DNA of 63,879 nt, filler included, from Octopus bimaculoides (GCF_001194135.2; 7 parts of 7 records of this genome joined end to end with filler, not necessarily neighbours in it), one strand, 5' to 3'. Shown: positions 1-12,437, counted from the whole stretch's first letter. Program-made: numbers and translations. Notes: generated by a model from the sequence alone, not told the origin.

Positions 1-32
<32 letters not shown>

Positions 33-34
<2 letters not shown>

Positions 35-376
35 TTAACAGAATGAGATAAAAAATCCAAGGCTAGAATAGTTTTCAGAACACTTATAAAGAGAAGGTCT
101 TACAGCTGTTTCTGGGATATTTTATATATCCCTTCATCAGACACAGTGCAAGAAAATGTTTAATAGTTATTATAGAGAAGATATGAAATGCAGAGTGAAG
201 TAGAGGAATGAAAAGAGACGTGAGATATGTAAGGATATTGTATTTGCAGTTCCATATTTAAGCAGAATGGTGCATTTATAAGTTTCTTGTACCTTGTGTG
301 TGAGTTCCAATGCTGTTTATAATTGGTTATTCCAAGCATAGAGTCTTGTAAATGGTGTTAATCAATTGAGGGTTTC
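33..376 (-). mobile_element. Penelope-like element 3' terminus (pLTR) with hammerhead motif
   Basis: 33-150 is homologous to 48986-49110 and carries a CUGAUGA...GAAA motif. The ORF-end-like peptide FKRNPRLN sits at the foldback centre (compare KKYKPQLN at 8505). Confidence 0.7.
97..144 (-). ncRNA. Minimal type-I hammerhead ribozyme motif (near-intact)
   Basis: Minus strand reads GUGU-CUGAUGA-A-GGGAUAU[AUAAA]AUAUCCC-A-GAAA-C[AGCU]GUA-AGAC. One stem-I mismatch; A·A at the base of stem II. Confidence 0.7.
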
Positions 377-603
377 AAAAGAAATCCTCGATTGAATAAC
401 ACCATTTATAAGACTCTATGCTTGGAATGACCAATTATAAATAGCATTTGAACTCAAACACAAGGTACAGGAAACTTATATATGCACCATTCTGCTTAAT
501 TAAAGGAACTGCAAATACAATATCCTTACATATCTCACGTCTCTTTTCATTCTTCCACTCCACTCTGCATTTCATATCTTCTCTATAATAACTATTAAAC
601 ATT
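155..603. repeat. Long foldback: about 222-bp arms, 4-nt loop
   Basis: 155-376 is the reverse complement of 381-603 (about 93% identity by eye); loop AAAA at 377-380. Confidence 0.95.
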
Positions 604-683
604 AAACTATAGTCTGTCCATAGCACTTACTCAGCATTACCTGACACCTTTGGGTCTTCTTGACACCAATACCTCTCATACCC

Positions 684-722
<39 letters not shown>

Positions 723-739
723 GATTAGAGATCAAAAAT

Positions 740-1830
740 AAATTCAGACTCTCACATGAAAAGGAAAAAGGAGAAAGAGAAACCATGACAGTGGAAAATA
801 TGAAAATAAATCCCAAGGCCTGCTACAAATTCAGGAAAGAGTCTGTTTCAGTGCACTATGTGATAGGGCCACTGTTTGAAGAAGATGATTCGCTAGCAGC
901 AGACCTCATGGGGATAGGTGAAGTACTAAATAAGCAATTCCAGAGTGTCTTCACCCCCTCCACTGGGAAACTGGCAAATGGGTGAGCCTAAAGAGTTTTT
1001 CAACACTGCAGACTTACATGGGAGAAAGGCAATCATCAGTTACATTGACATAAAAGCAGAAGGTGTAATATCGGCCATTGATGAGATGAGCTCAAATTCA
1101 GCAACACACCCGGATGAATTTCCAACTGTTCTAAAAACATGCTAGAAAGCTCTTGCAAAACCACTGCAGATACTTTTTTAAAGTGTCCTTGCATGTGGAA
1201 AACTTCCTAAACAGTTAAAAGAGAGTAACATATGTCCTGTCAATAAAGGAGGAAGCAAAGAAGATGCTAAAAATTACAAGCCAATCTCTGACTTTACATC
1301 TTAGCAAGGTTATGGAACACATTGTCAGAAGGTGACTGACAAGGTGAACAACTTGCTCACAAACACACATCATGGTTTCTGCCAAGAGAGGAGCTGCCTC
1401 ACACAGCTACTACAATTAGGTACTGAAACAGCTGCTCAACCACTCAAATGTGGATGTGGTATATCTCAACTTTGTCAAGGCCTTTGTCAAAGTTGATCAT
1501 GGAATTAAATGTCACAAACTACATGACCTTGGTATCACTAGAAAACTGGGAGTGTGTCTGTATGATGTTTTAATAGACAGAAGTCAGGCAATTTCAACCA
1601 ATGGTGCTCTCTCTGGGGAGACATCAATTTGCAGCAGAGTTCCTCAGGGAACTGTACTGGAACCATTACTGTTTATAGTGACTCTCTCAGACATGCTCTC
1701 TGTCATACAGTCAGCCACTATCACCAGCTACACTGTTTATACAAAAGTGTCTTAGGTGGTCAAGGACCCTGATGACATAGTAAGACTGCAAAATGACCTG
1801 GCTGCCATATACAAATGGACAGATGAAACT
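740..1830 (+). pseudogene. CR1/L2-type LINE reverse transcriptase remnant
   Basis: Frameshifted peptides ICPVNKGGSKEDAKNYKPIS, DVVYLNFVKAFVKVDHG, VPQGTVLEPLLF, LQNDLAAIYKW. Confidence 0.9.
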
Positions 1831-2044
1831 AGTGAAGCTTTACCTAGCGTCAAACAGTTATTGACTACTATTTCAAGCAAAAATTGGTATCTTGTTGTGC
1901 CACTATTTCCTAATTATAATTCTACCTTTACAGTGCTTTATTTTACTGGAAAATAATATTCTCGTATTGTAATAATATTTATTATGGAGATGTACTTGCA
2001 TAGCATGTGACCTGATCTGAGATCGTGTGCTAGAGCGAAAACAA

Positions 2045-2284
2045 TTGCAGCGTGGAAGGTGTTTATAAGCCCTTTAAGAAACACATAAAAACCGTTAGAT
2101 TCACTTCAACATTTAAATTTAATTTACCAAAATATTCTGTGTTGCATCACAGAATTTTATTAGTGAACAGGTCACGGTCTGACAGCGACGAAAATATTTT
2201 GGCAAATTAAATTTAAATGTTGAAGTGAATCTAACAGTTTTTGTGTGTTTCTTAAATGGCTTATAAACACCTTCCACGCTGTAA
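2045..2284. repeat. Foldback: about 92-bp arms, 56-bp spacer
   Basis: 2045-2136 is the reverse complement of 2193-2284 with about 5 mismatches. The spacer contains a small hairpin attctgtg/cacagaat. Confidence 0.9.
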
Positions 2285-3157
2285 TAATATTTATATTTTT
2301 ATATAAAACTTTTTCACTGACCTCAGTTCTGTTTATGGCTGAGGCTATTGGCTGAGTATACAGGCGGTGATGTAGCAGATATTTTAAATTTAGTCTCTTT
2401 GGTAGACCTAGCCAATGAGGACCAATCAGTTTTATGATAGAAAACGTATTCTGTAAAGTTTGAAAGTCAAATACTAGGTTGTCCATTTCTATGGCGTTCT
2501 TCCTAGAGATAAGGACAAAATTTTTTATATGTGCCACCCACACACATCTTTGCCTTTATACATTCAATGAAGCTTTACCTAATGTCTAACAGTTATCAAC
2601 TGCTATTTCCAGCAAAAATTGGTACATTGTGCCACTATTTCCTATTTATATATATATATATGTGTGTATGTCTGTGTTTGTCTGTCTGTATGTATATGTA
2701 TGAATATAAAACTACTTGACTAAGTATCAGTTTTCTTTTCTCTTACTTTCTTTTTCCTCTAAGTAACCATGATAGCAAAAGCTGATCAGGTCATTTTATA
2801 TAAAGAGGAATGCAAGATTTCCACGCTCATATTTGAAATGTTTGCATTTCTGTAATATTATTTGTTTTTATTCATTCCCTAACTTAATGGACATATAACA
2901 ACAAGTCAACCAACACTAAAAATCTGTAGTGAAGCATATTTTTATCAGTGTACCTAATGAGATCCACACTGATGGGTTGAAACATATGTTGTATCCAAGA
3001 AAGATTTAATACTGAATCAATTTCCTGTTTTTTTATTATTATATAAATAAATAAATAAATATATATATATATATATATATACATAGATATATATGTGTGT
3101 ATATATATCGTTTAACGTCCGCTTTCCATGCTAGCATGGGTTATACATATATATATG

Positions 3158-4146
3158 CTATTGTTTTTCAGTTCGTGTATAATATCCCATTCCTTCAATT
3201 GGTATTGGGCTTGATTTTAGGGTGTGAAAGGTCTTTAGGGTGTGAAAGGTAAATATAAAATCACAAAATTTATCTGAAGCTTTATTCTTACCTTTCGTAG
3301 TCTTGTAATCGTTCTTGTTTCTTACGATTGATTTGTCCTTGATTTCTTTATTGTACAATTCCTATGTTAGGTGTAGTTTTCTACAGGACTGTGAAATATT
3401 GTTCTGTATTTCATTGGAGTTAAAGTACTGTGGTGTTGGGGTACATTTTAGGTCTTTTGGCAAAATATTAATTTCTTCTACTGAGAGAGTTGGAGGGGGG
3501 GTTAATTATCTTCAGTTTCTCATCTTTGGTTTGTACAATCTCTGTCAGTTGGATCTAAAAAATGATTTTTCAAAGTTCTCATTTTATTATTATTTATATA
3601 TCTTAGGACATTTTCTCTGTTAACTTGTCTTCTTTTGTAATGATTTTACACATTTGTTGTTCTGGATTGTGGCTGTTTCTCTCTATAATTGTTTTTTAAA
3701 TTGATATTTTTTTATCCGTTATGTATGTCTTCGGTTTTGGAGAAAGTTCAGTCCAGTTGGAGTGAAAACTTCGATTCTTTTAGTTGGATTATTTTATTGT
3801 CAAAGTAGTCTTGAATTGTCCTTATGAAATTGGTGAATATAATTTCCCTATTTAGGTGTTTGATTAATTGGTTGCAAATGGGGTTTGTGAATTTTAACTT
3901 TTTCTTCAGGAATACTTGTTTTTGAATACAGTAGAATACTTGTTTTTGAAATGAGATTCATAATTGGAGAGCCAAAGAGCACTTCTCTCCCATTGTTGAA
4001 GAGATGTTAATTCCTCGTTTTCATATTTTTCTCCCCAAAATTTAATATTGTTTTCTCGGCCTTTGGATGTTTTTGAAATTTCTGTTTGCATTTGCGCATC
4101 AATTGTTTTGAATTTTTCTTCGTTGGAATTTGCTCTTAGCCATAAT
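3158..4146 (-). mobile_element. Inverted 5' segment of the adjacent Penelope-like element
   Basis: The A/C strand skew flips at about 4146. The minus-strand end reads KEWDIIHELKNN, which continues natively into the + strand LKNNNNIIIKEADKG. Confidence 0.8.
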
Positions 4147-6720
4147 ATATTACACATGAACTGAAAAACAACAACAACATTATAATTAAGGAAGCAGATA
4201 AGGGAAGTGCTACAGTTATTATGGATATTGAACACTACAAAAGAGATATACTATCTATATTACAAGATATGACCAACTACGAAAAGGTAAATAATTACCA
4301 AAAACCAAAGACAATGACTAAACTGAACACACTCATTCCCATACACCAAAAAGGTTTAACAAACAAAGAATGTAACTAGCTAACCCATTTTGATTGAAAG
4401 ACAAGCTAATTCTACCGCCTCCCAAAAATCCATAAGAAACAAACTATTAAGAATGCATGTAAAGAACCAACTTCAAATTGCATAAACATACAATATCCCA
4501 CCGATCTTAAATTTAGACCAATCGTAGCAGGCCCGAACTGTGAAGCGCACAAACTCAGCAACATTTTAGCTATATTACTGAAACCTGTTTTAAAATGCAT
4601 ACCAAGTCTTGTAAGAGACGATCTGAACTGTTAAACTACCTCCCAATATCCATAAAGAATGATACCACTATTGTATCATTTGATGTGGTAAACCTCTATT
4701 CCCCCATCCCACACCAACATGGACTAGAAGCAATAAATTTCTGGCTCGAGAAATTCTCTCATGAAATACCAGACAGAATTGAAAAACGTTTCATTACTGA
4801 AGGATTAAAGTTTATCCTCGAAAACAACTTTTTTTTACTTCGATGGCAATATTTACAAACAAATATCTGGAACTGTGATGGTGACAAAAGTTACTCCGAC
4901 TTACGCCAATATAGTCATGGCTTACATGGAGGTCTGGATATATGAACAATCAAAATTAAAATATGGCTTTAACTTCCACAAATATCGAATAGAAAACTAG
5001 AAACATTACTTAGATGACTGCCTAATCCTATGGACACACACATTTGAACAAATTAGATTTTAAAAACCTAATCAACAGCATAAACAATAATATCAACTTC
5101 ACCATGGAATACAGTAAAACTCAACTACTATTCCTGGATATACTAATCATCAAAAGAGATACAAACATTCAAACAGACATTCACTACAAACAAACAGATT
5201 CTAAACAGTACTTACTGTTCTCCTCATGCCATCCCAAACACATGAAAAATAATATTCCCTTTAATCTAATAAGAAGAATCTTCACAATTGTCTCAAACCC
5301 TGAAACTCGCAATAAAAGACTCCAGGAACTAAAACAAATACTACTTAAAAGACAATATCCACTAATATTAATAGACAACAGAATAGAACGTGCCAAAGCA
5401 ATAAATAATCAAGAACTATGAAAAACGAAAAATGCTGCAGATACATCCAATACTCTGCCCTTTACACACAACCCAAGAAACACAGAGGTTTACTATATTA
5501 TCCACCAGAACCTCGCACAACTAAGACAAGACCCAAGAATGAAACAAGCATTCAAAATACACAAAATAAAAGTAAAAGACAATCAAAGTCCCTCAAAAAA
5601 TTCTTCACAATTGCTAAATTACCTTCCACAATTCCCACACAACAGTCAAAAGGTGTTGTTGCCCCAATTACAAGACTTGCATCAACCTTATTGAAGACAC
5701 AATATTCAAATTCAAATCAGGACAGATTTTTACCGTAAAAAATCATTTTACATGTTCTTCAAGGAATTTAATATACACTATCAAATGTCAAGGATGCAAT
5801 GATGATTACATAGGTGAAACAAAGCTTACTCTAAGAAATAGACTGATTGTTCACTGAAAAAAATACGAGACCCCCATCACTAAACAGATTCCAATGAGTG
5901 GACACATAGACATATGTACAAAAAATAAGCCCCTCAAATTCCAGGTCTTCCCACTTTACCTATGTTCAGTGAATACCATAGATGAAACACTGATAAACAA
6001 AGAAAATACTTTCATACAAACCAAGATTTAACAAACTTTAACAGAGTACATACAGAAATAACTATTCACACACAAAACTCATTCTGCCACTTAACATGAA
6101 GAATCTACACAGCTAACAACCTAAACTTTAGCCACTGGACTACATACAAACGACTCTTGTCCACTCTCCGAACAGGCAGATCAAATTTAGAGTTCCTTGA
6201 TTGTAACTAAACATGTTCACTCAACTGTGTTGGCCTTCATGTAAGGCACAAAATATACTATCACATGACACTAACGCACAGACATAGTGGGAAATGTACA
6301 AAAGGTTCTAAACTTAATCACATGTTCATTCTCTACAAACACTTGACAGAAAACATTCAGAGCATTGATTGTTTGGTACCGTCACTAGACATGCTCAGCC
6401 AACCGTGTCAGCCTTAACTTACGATGCCAAATATTGAAACTTGATACTAAACACACAGACGTAGTGGGGAACCTACAAAAATGTCTAAGATCAGTCATGT
6501 GACTATGCTCTACCAATCAAGTCCTATTCAAAACATATACTAATTTGAGCCATGAACTCCCTATAAAAATAGGGCAAGCTTCAAACACTAGTCAGAAGCA
6601 AGACAGCTGTGACAAGCCGCATCTTTCAATTTCAAATTTTGAAAATCAGTGTAAACTGTGAAACTGAAACCGGCTAAATCTTTAAATATAATAATGATAA
6701 AATATTTTAACTATTCTCAG
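4147..6720 (+). mobile_element. Penelope-like retroelement (RT + GIY-YIG), decayed, with 3' UTR
   Basis: IIIKEADKG, FYRLPKIHK, RPIVAGP, SFDVVNLY, YLDDC, FTMEYS..LLFLD, SSCHPKH, NLIYTIKCQGCNDDYIGET; many stops and frameshifts. Confidence 0.95.
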
Positions 6721-6889
6721 TGCATTTTCAACTTCTATTTTTCTTATATATNNNNNNNNNNNNNNNNNNNNNNNNNNNNNNNNNNNNNNNNNNNNNNNNN
6801 NNNNNNNNNNNNNNNNNNNNNNNNNNNNNNNNNNNNNNNNNNNNNNNNNNNTATATATATATAAAATAATAATCATAATAATATAAATG

Positions 6890-7950
6890 ATATATATATG
6901 CTTATATGCATACGTATATGTACATACTTACATATATACATATGCATGTGTGGGCACAGGACGTCACAGAACACAAACAACAAAAAATACGAAAATATAG
7001 AATACGAAATACGAATACATGAAATATGAACTTTTTTTGCAAACAACGAAGGAAACAAATGGAAAACAAGACACGCAACGTCAGCTGTTGTCTGTTTTTC
7101 TAATCCATATTTCGAGCATTTCGTGACAAGATACGCCTTTGGTAAAACAGTTGCTCCTGCAAAGCAATTTAAATAAAATATGGGATTTTGCAGAGCGTCA
7201 AAATTGGTAACAAAAACAGGACGTTAAAAACAAACAGGAAGGGCTGCTAAGCCTAAACGAAGTGAAGTAGCAAACGCGAAGAAGTAAGCTTGGACAGGAG
7301 ATAGACAAGAAAACGTCTGATTCATCCAGCTGTATCAGGAGGAAAGAAAGAAACACAAGTTAGGGAAAGAAAAACGGCCGATGGTCACGTGGGAGCCACA
7401 AGAGAGCAAAGGAGGGAGAGTGAGTGAGAGAGAGTGACAGACAGAGAATGGTGAAGAGGAGAGAAAAATAGAGAAAGGATAAGTAAGAAAAACGAGATGG
7501 GGAGAAGGGGAGTAAAAAGAATTAGAGAGAAGAAGAGAGAAAATGAAAGAGTGATAGAATAATAGAGTAATAGAAAAGAGAAAACAAAAGAGCAATAGAA
7601 TTGAATATAATAGAATAGAAAGTGTCGCATCAGAATTATTAAGATAAAACTTACTTCGAAATGGATGCGTGGCATTCAATCATATAATAGTATAAATAAT
7701 ATATATGCATATATACATACGTGTATGTACATACTTACCTATATACGTATATACATATGCATATGTGGGCACATGACGTCACAGAATGCAAACAACAAAA
7801 AATACAAAAATATGGAATACAAAATACAAATACATGGAACATGAACTTTTTTGCGAACAGCGAAGGAAACAAATAGAAAACAAGACACGCAACATAAAGA
7901 ACGGCACTTCAACTGTTGTCAACTGTTTTTCTAATCCATATTTCAAGTTT
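6890..7950 (-). mobile_element. Probable PLE terminal-repeat pair (about 230-bp direct repeats)
   Basis: 6890-7110 matches 7700-7950 (gtgggcaca.gacgtcacagaa...aaaacaagacacgcaac...ttttctaatccatatttc). The PLE assignment is inferred. Confidence 0.55.
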
Positions 7951-8068
7951 ATATATNNNNNNNNNNNNNNNNNNNNNNNNNNNNNNNNNNNNNNNNNNNN
8001 NNNNNNNNNNNNNNNNNNNNNNNNNNNNNNNNNNNNNNNNNNNNNNNNATATATATATATATATATAG

Positions 8069-8260
8069 GGAGAATTCACAAAAAGACAAAAGACGAAGAC
8101 AGGTGGTGTAGACAACAAACAGATGTATTAGTTTAACACTCAGGAAGTGAAAAATTTTATCGTTTCGAGCCTACGCTCTTTCACAGAAAGGAACACAGAA
8201 AGAAACAAGGAGAGAAAATAAAGAATGTGTAGTGGCTAGCGATCTATCATGGCGAACTCA
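8069..8260 (-). mobile_element. PLE-type terminus with degenerate hammerhead (8162-8186)
   Basis: Minus strand CUGUGAAA-GAGC[GUAG]GCUC-GAAACG; related to 33055-33275. Confidence 0.55.
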
Positions 8261-8479
8261 TATATACATAAGTGGAGCAAGAGCACACATGAAGACGGAA
8301 AGTGTCACTGACGAGGTCACAGATGTGTGACAAAAGATTTCTGGATAATGGACAGGAGTTAGAATAAGAACAGAAATAAGCAAGTGAAGCGCAAATATAT
8401 AGCGCATGTGTTTATTTGGCAAAAAGAAAATGATCATCCCAAAATACAGCAATATACTGGAAACACTTCAACCCAATTC

Positions 8480-9000
8480 CGTTTAAATAAGAAAAACATA
8501 CTCATTAAAAAATATAAACCACAGCTGAATATCCTTTAGAAAGAAGAAAAAGCAGTAAAAAGAAAAGAAAAAAGACTCAATTTCTCCACAAAAAAAAACA
8601 GGAACAACAAACAAATTTTTTAAAAACTTTAGTAACAATCTTCCACCCGGGGTCCGAATCACCAACTTCAAATCACCATACAAACACCAATTGCCAACGT
8701 CACCTACCTCTAGTCCAATGAAATTTTACAAACACCAGTTGCTGACGTCACCTAACTCCAGACCAATCAAAACCGAACTTCAGCACGAAATGACCCTTTA
8801 AGAGAACCAACCAACCGGGTTGACTGATGACTGTCTTCACAGAGAAGCCAACCAAGCAGAATGACAAGCTTGACCACTGCAAAAACAAGACGCCACCAGT
8901 ATTTTAACAAATCAAAAATCAGATCCACTCATGGAAAAAATTATAGATATATCTGATCCCAAAGCGTCTATGGAAAGAGGATCAGAGAAACTGTAAACCA
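8480..9000 (+). mobile_element. PLE ORF C-terminus plus 3' UTR
   Basis: KNILIKKYKPQLNIL* resembles the end of a PLE GIY-YIG domain; followed by an A/C-rich UTR. Confidence 0.5.
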
Positions 9001-9458
9001 AATTCCTTTTTTTACTATTTTCATTTCTCTCTTGTTTTTTCCCCTCTTAACTCAGTATGACTTGTCAATTACCACTAACATTAATGAGCTCTGTACATTC
9101 AAACAAATTGATATACAGTTTTAATATTATTGACAGCTATGAACCTCTAAACTTGTATCTGCCCTCCTAATTCATAATGCTAAATTTATATGTTTTGAAC
9201 ATTTTAATTTGTCAACATTGAAACATTTTGATTTGTCAACATTGAAACTTTTAAAAGTGTTTTTCTAATTCATAATTTTAAACTTTTACTATTGATAAAC
9301 AAAGAATATTGTTGACACTTGTTTGGCATATATGTAAATAAATATATTTTAAACAATTACGAGTTTTTGAAATTTAGGTGCATTTTCAACAACACATCTT
9401 CCTATATCTTTTCCTGAATGGAAACACCCCACTCTTTTGTTATATATATATATATATA

Positions 9459-9489
9459 TCTATACTATATATAAAACAGAGATGTGTGT
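9459..9489 (+). mobile_element. Possible Helitron/HINE 5' end, cut by a gap
   Basis: TCTATACTATATATAAAACAGAGATGTGTGT start motif after an A; only 30 bp are visible. Confidence 0.3.
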
Positions 9490-9533
9490 NNNNNNNNNNN
9501 NNNNNNNNNNNNNNNNNNNNNNNNNNNNNNNNN

Positions 9534-9545
9534 TTAATTAATTAA
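9534..9545. other. Synthetic gap spacer TTAATTAATTAA (also 14513, 28868, 32933, 46350, 59417)
   Basis: Found as 44 N + 12-mer + 44 N = 100 bp; the 12-mer has stop codons in all six frames. Confidence 0.95.
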
Positions 9546-10088
9546 NNNNNNNNNNNNNNNNNNNNNNNNNNNNNNNNNNNNNNNNNNNNTGTCTGAAAAA
9601 GATCGGTCCAAGTGTGAATGTAGAACACCTACAAAATATCACCCTTTCTTGGAACTGCAAGAATTTTTCTCAAGGTTCGTGTAGCATGACGAACGAGTAA
9701 ACTGCTGGCTGCAGCGGATAGCTAACACTGCCATCATACTCAGCGAAATAAACTGTCTGTTTTCATTGTTGATCTCGAAATGTGAGAGTGTAATTCGAGC
9801 ACAGGATGTAAAAACAGACGAAATGCTGCTAAGCCTTTTTTTCCGGCGGGCTAACCATTCCGTGACAAGTTGAGCAAGTTTGAGAGAGAGAAGGAGGCTA
9901 ATCTATACCATCGATCTCAATTCTCGATTGTTACATTAATCTATCGACTCCGGAGGGAAGACAGGGTTCAACATTAACTTTCATCCCTTTTGGGCATCGA
10001 TACACGAAAGTACCAATCAAGTATGAAGAACGATGGCATCGACTCATTAGCCTCTTCCTAAAAATGCCTGATTAGATGAGTAGATAGA

Positions 10089-10403
10089 ATAAAATTCAAA
10101 GAATGTTGATCAGGAAACAAGCATAGACATATGGAGTGAGCTAGACATTTTATATAAAGGTGAGAGGAGGTTTGGAAGACGTTTTACAAAAAGACAATTG
10201 CAAAAATACGAATTAAAAATTGATTATTTATTACTTGGTATTTCCGATCATAAAATTCAAAGAATGTTGAACAGAAAGCTAGTATAGACGTGTGGGGAGA
10301 GCAAAACATTTTATATAAAGGCAGGGAGAGGCGCGAAAAATATCTTACAAAAATACACGAATTAAAAATTGATCACTCATTACTTGCTATTTCTGATCAT
10401 AAA
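10089..10403. repeat. Diverged tandem duplication, 161-bp unit
   Basis: ataaaattcaaagaatgttga starts at 10089 and 10250; cattttatataaagg and gaattaaaaattgat are shared. Confidence 0.85.
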
Positions 10404-10493
10404 GTCTGATGTTATCATCTGACAATTAATCATAGGCAAATGAGAACAGGTTCTCCGTCGGTTACGACAATGAGGGTTTTTTTTTCGTTTCGA

Positions 10494-10644
10494 TTAACCT
10501 TTTTGATACCAACCCGCCTGGAACCGCTTCTTGCTCTGTAGTACAAATGTCTTATTTTCAAAAAGTTTTCAGTTAAAATCTTTATTATATTTAAAATCAA
10601 TTCAAAGAAACATCTCAAAAGAAATATGATAACAAAAGGGTTAA
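10494..10644. mobile_element. piggyBac-like MITE
   Basis: TTAA-flanked imperfect TIRs: ttaacctttttgatac ... gataacaaaagggttaa. Confidence 0.6.
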
Positions 10645-10684
10645 CGGATTAGGTGATCCTAACATCATCGTGCANNNNNNNNNN

Positions 10685-10900
10685 GGCTGAGAACTCCACC
10701 GATACGTGTACATTTAACGTAGCTGTCAAGAAAATTCATCGTAATACAGAATGTGACGAAGCTGGCCCCATTAAAGTACAAGTAGCATTCATTTATTTCT
10801 AGTTGTGTGAATTCCAGTAACGTGAATTAAAGTGCCTGCTCCAAGGTATCGAACTCAGGACCTTTGTCTCGATGGTGCGTCGAAAGCACTTAGCCACGTA
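10685..10900 (-). mobile_element. tRNA-derived SINE, degenerate
   Basis: B-box-like gagttcgatacc on the minus strand; body matches 18211-18458. Confidence 0.6.
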
Positions 10901-11587
10901 CTCACACTGGTCAAATGANNNNNNNNNNNNNNNNNNNNNNNNNNNNNNNNNNNNNNNNNNNNNNNNNNNNNNNNNNNNNNNNAATATTTATAGAATTATT
11001 AGAATAATTTGGAAACAGCTACAACATGGACTTTTACTGGATGAAATTTATCTAAGGTACTAGACTTTTTTTCATAAATTTTATATGAAACAAAATATGT
11101 GCTGGTTTAAATGTGTTTTCACTTACCTTACAAACAGCTGTTAGTTTTGTACTATACTCTTGGANNNNNNNNNNTTAGTTTTGTACTATACTCTTGGAAT
11201 CCAACAAGAAAGATTAAATAAGTGGCAGATAAAGAAATGCACAAGTTTACTAAAATCTTTGATGCCATTAATTTCCATACATTTCTGAATTAATAAAAAA
11301 AACAAATAATAATATTGCATTTAATTAATACAAACCTAAAAGAATTTGCACAATGCACAAACAGTTAATTACAACTGTGTGTATCGGTGATGATCATTCG
11401 AAATATAAATTANNNNNNNNNNAATATAAATTATATGTGAAATATGTATTTAGAATTTGTATATATACATGGCGTATAATAGCTGTGTATAATAGTCTGC
11501 ATGAGATATAAAACATTATGTTTATTGTTTATTGTGCTGACTGGGTAGATTTTGTTGTTTATTATAGTTGTTCTTTATAGCCAAAGA

Positions 11588-11910
11588 GTGGAGGTGCAAT
11601 GACCCAGTGGTTAGGGAAGCGGACTCGCGGTCATAGGATCGCGGTNNNNNNNNNNNNNNNNNNNNNNNNNNNNNNNNNNNNNNNNNNNNNNNNNNNNNNN
11701 NNNNNNNNNNNNNNNNNNNNNNNNNNNNNNNNNNNNNNNNNNNNNNNNNNNNNNNNNNNNNNNNNNNNNNNNNNNNNNNNNNNNNNNNNNNNNNNNNNNN
11801 NNNNNNNNNNNNNNNNNNNNNNNNNNNNNNNNNNNNNNNNNNNNNNNNNNNNNNNNNNNNNNNNNATCGGATCAAATAGAACCTTCGACGTCGTAATGGA
11901 CGGAGTGCCA
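11588..11910 (+). mobile_element. tRNA-derived SINE spanning a gap
   Basis: Head ggaggtgcaatgacccagtggttaggg matches 58150-58320; tail atcggatcaa..gaaccttcg...gtgcca matches 18206 and 18458. Confidence 0.75.
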
Positions 11911-12437
11911 ACAATATCCGTGATAATCATTCGAAATATAAATTATATGTGAAATATGTATTTCGAATTTGTATANNNNNNNNNNTCATTCGAAATATAA
12001 ATTATATGTGAAATATGTATTTCGAATTTGTATATATACATGGCGTATAATAGCTGTGTATAAAAGTCTGTATGAGATATAAAACATTATGTTTANNNNN
12101 NNNNNTTTATTGTGCTGACTGGGTAGGTTTTGTTGTTTATGATAGTAGTTCTTTATAGTCAAAGAACAAGTCAGATATCTGTACATGTTACATTAAACGT
12201 AGGATGTGNNNNNNNNNNNNNNNNNNNNNNNNNNNNNNNNNNNNNNNNNNNNNNNNNNNNNNNNNNTTAGTAGCAATGCTATACTATATTTGTAGGTTTC
12301 CTTCTATAGTTGTAGTTTTCTTCGAACTGTGTTTTCAAGATGTTTCAAACTTGAATACATTTCACTGTCGAATCTGTTACATGTGGAGATGGGCGAGAAT
12401 TTATTGCTGGTGGCAGCGGTTTGCTTATAGACACACC

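Noticed and set aside
4395-4397. In-frame TGA as selenocysteine (Naiad-type PLE)
   Set aside because: A TAA stop follows within four codons and there are many frameshifts, so this is ordinary decay.
9534-9545. Recurring TTAATTAATTAA islands (6 copies)
   Set aside because: The fixed 44N-12bp-44N layout and six-frame stops indicate an assembly spacer, not biology.
11136-12120. Near-identical tandem repeats around short N gaps (also 14130-14340)
   Set aside because: Duplicated flanks on each side of about 10 N are typical of unmerged contig overlaps.
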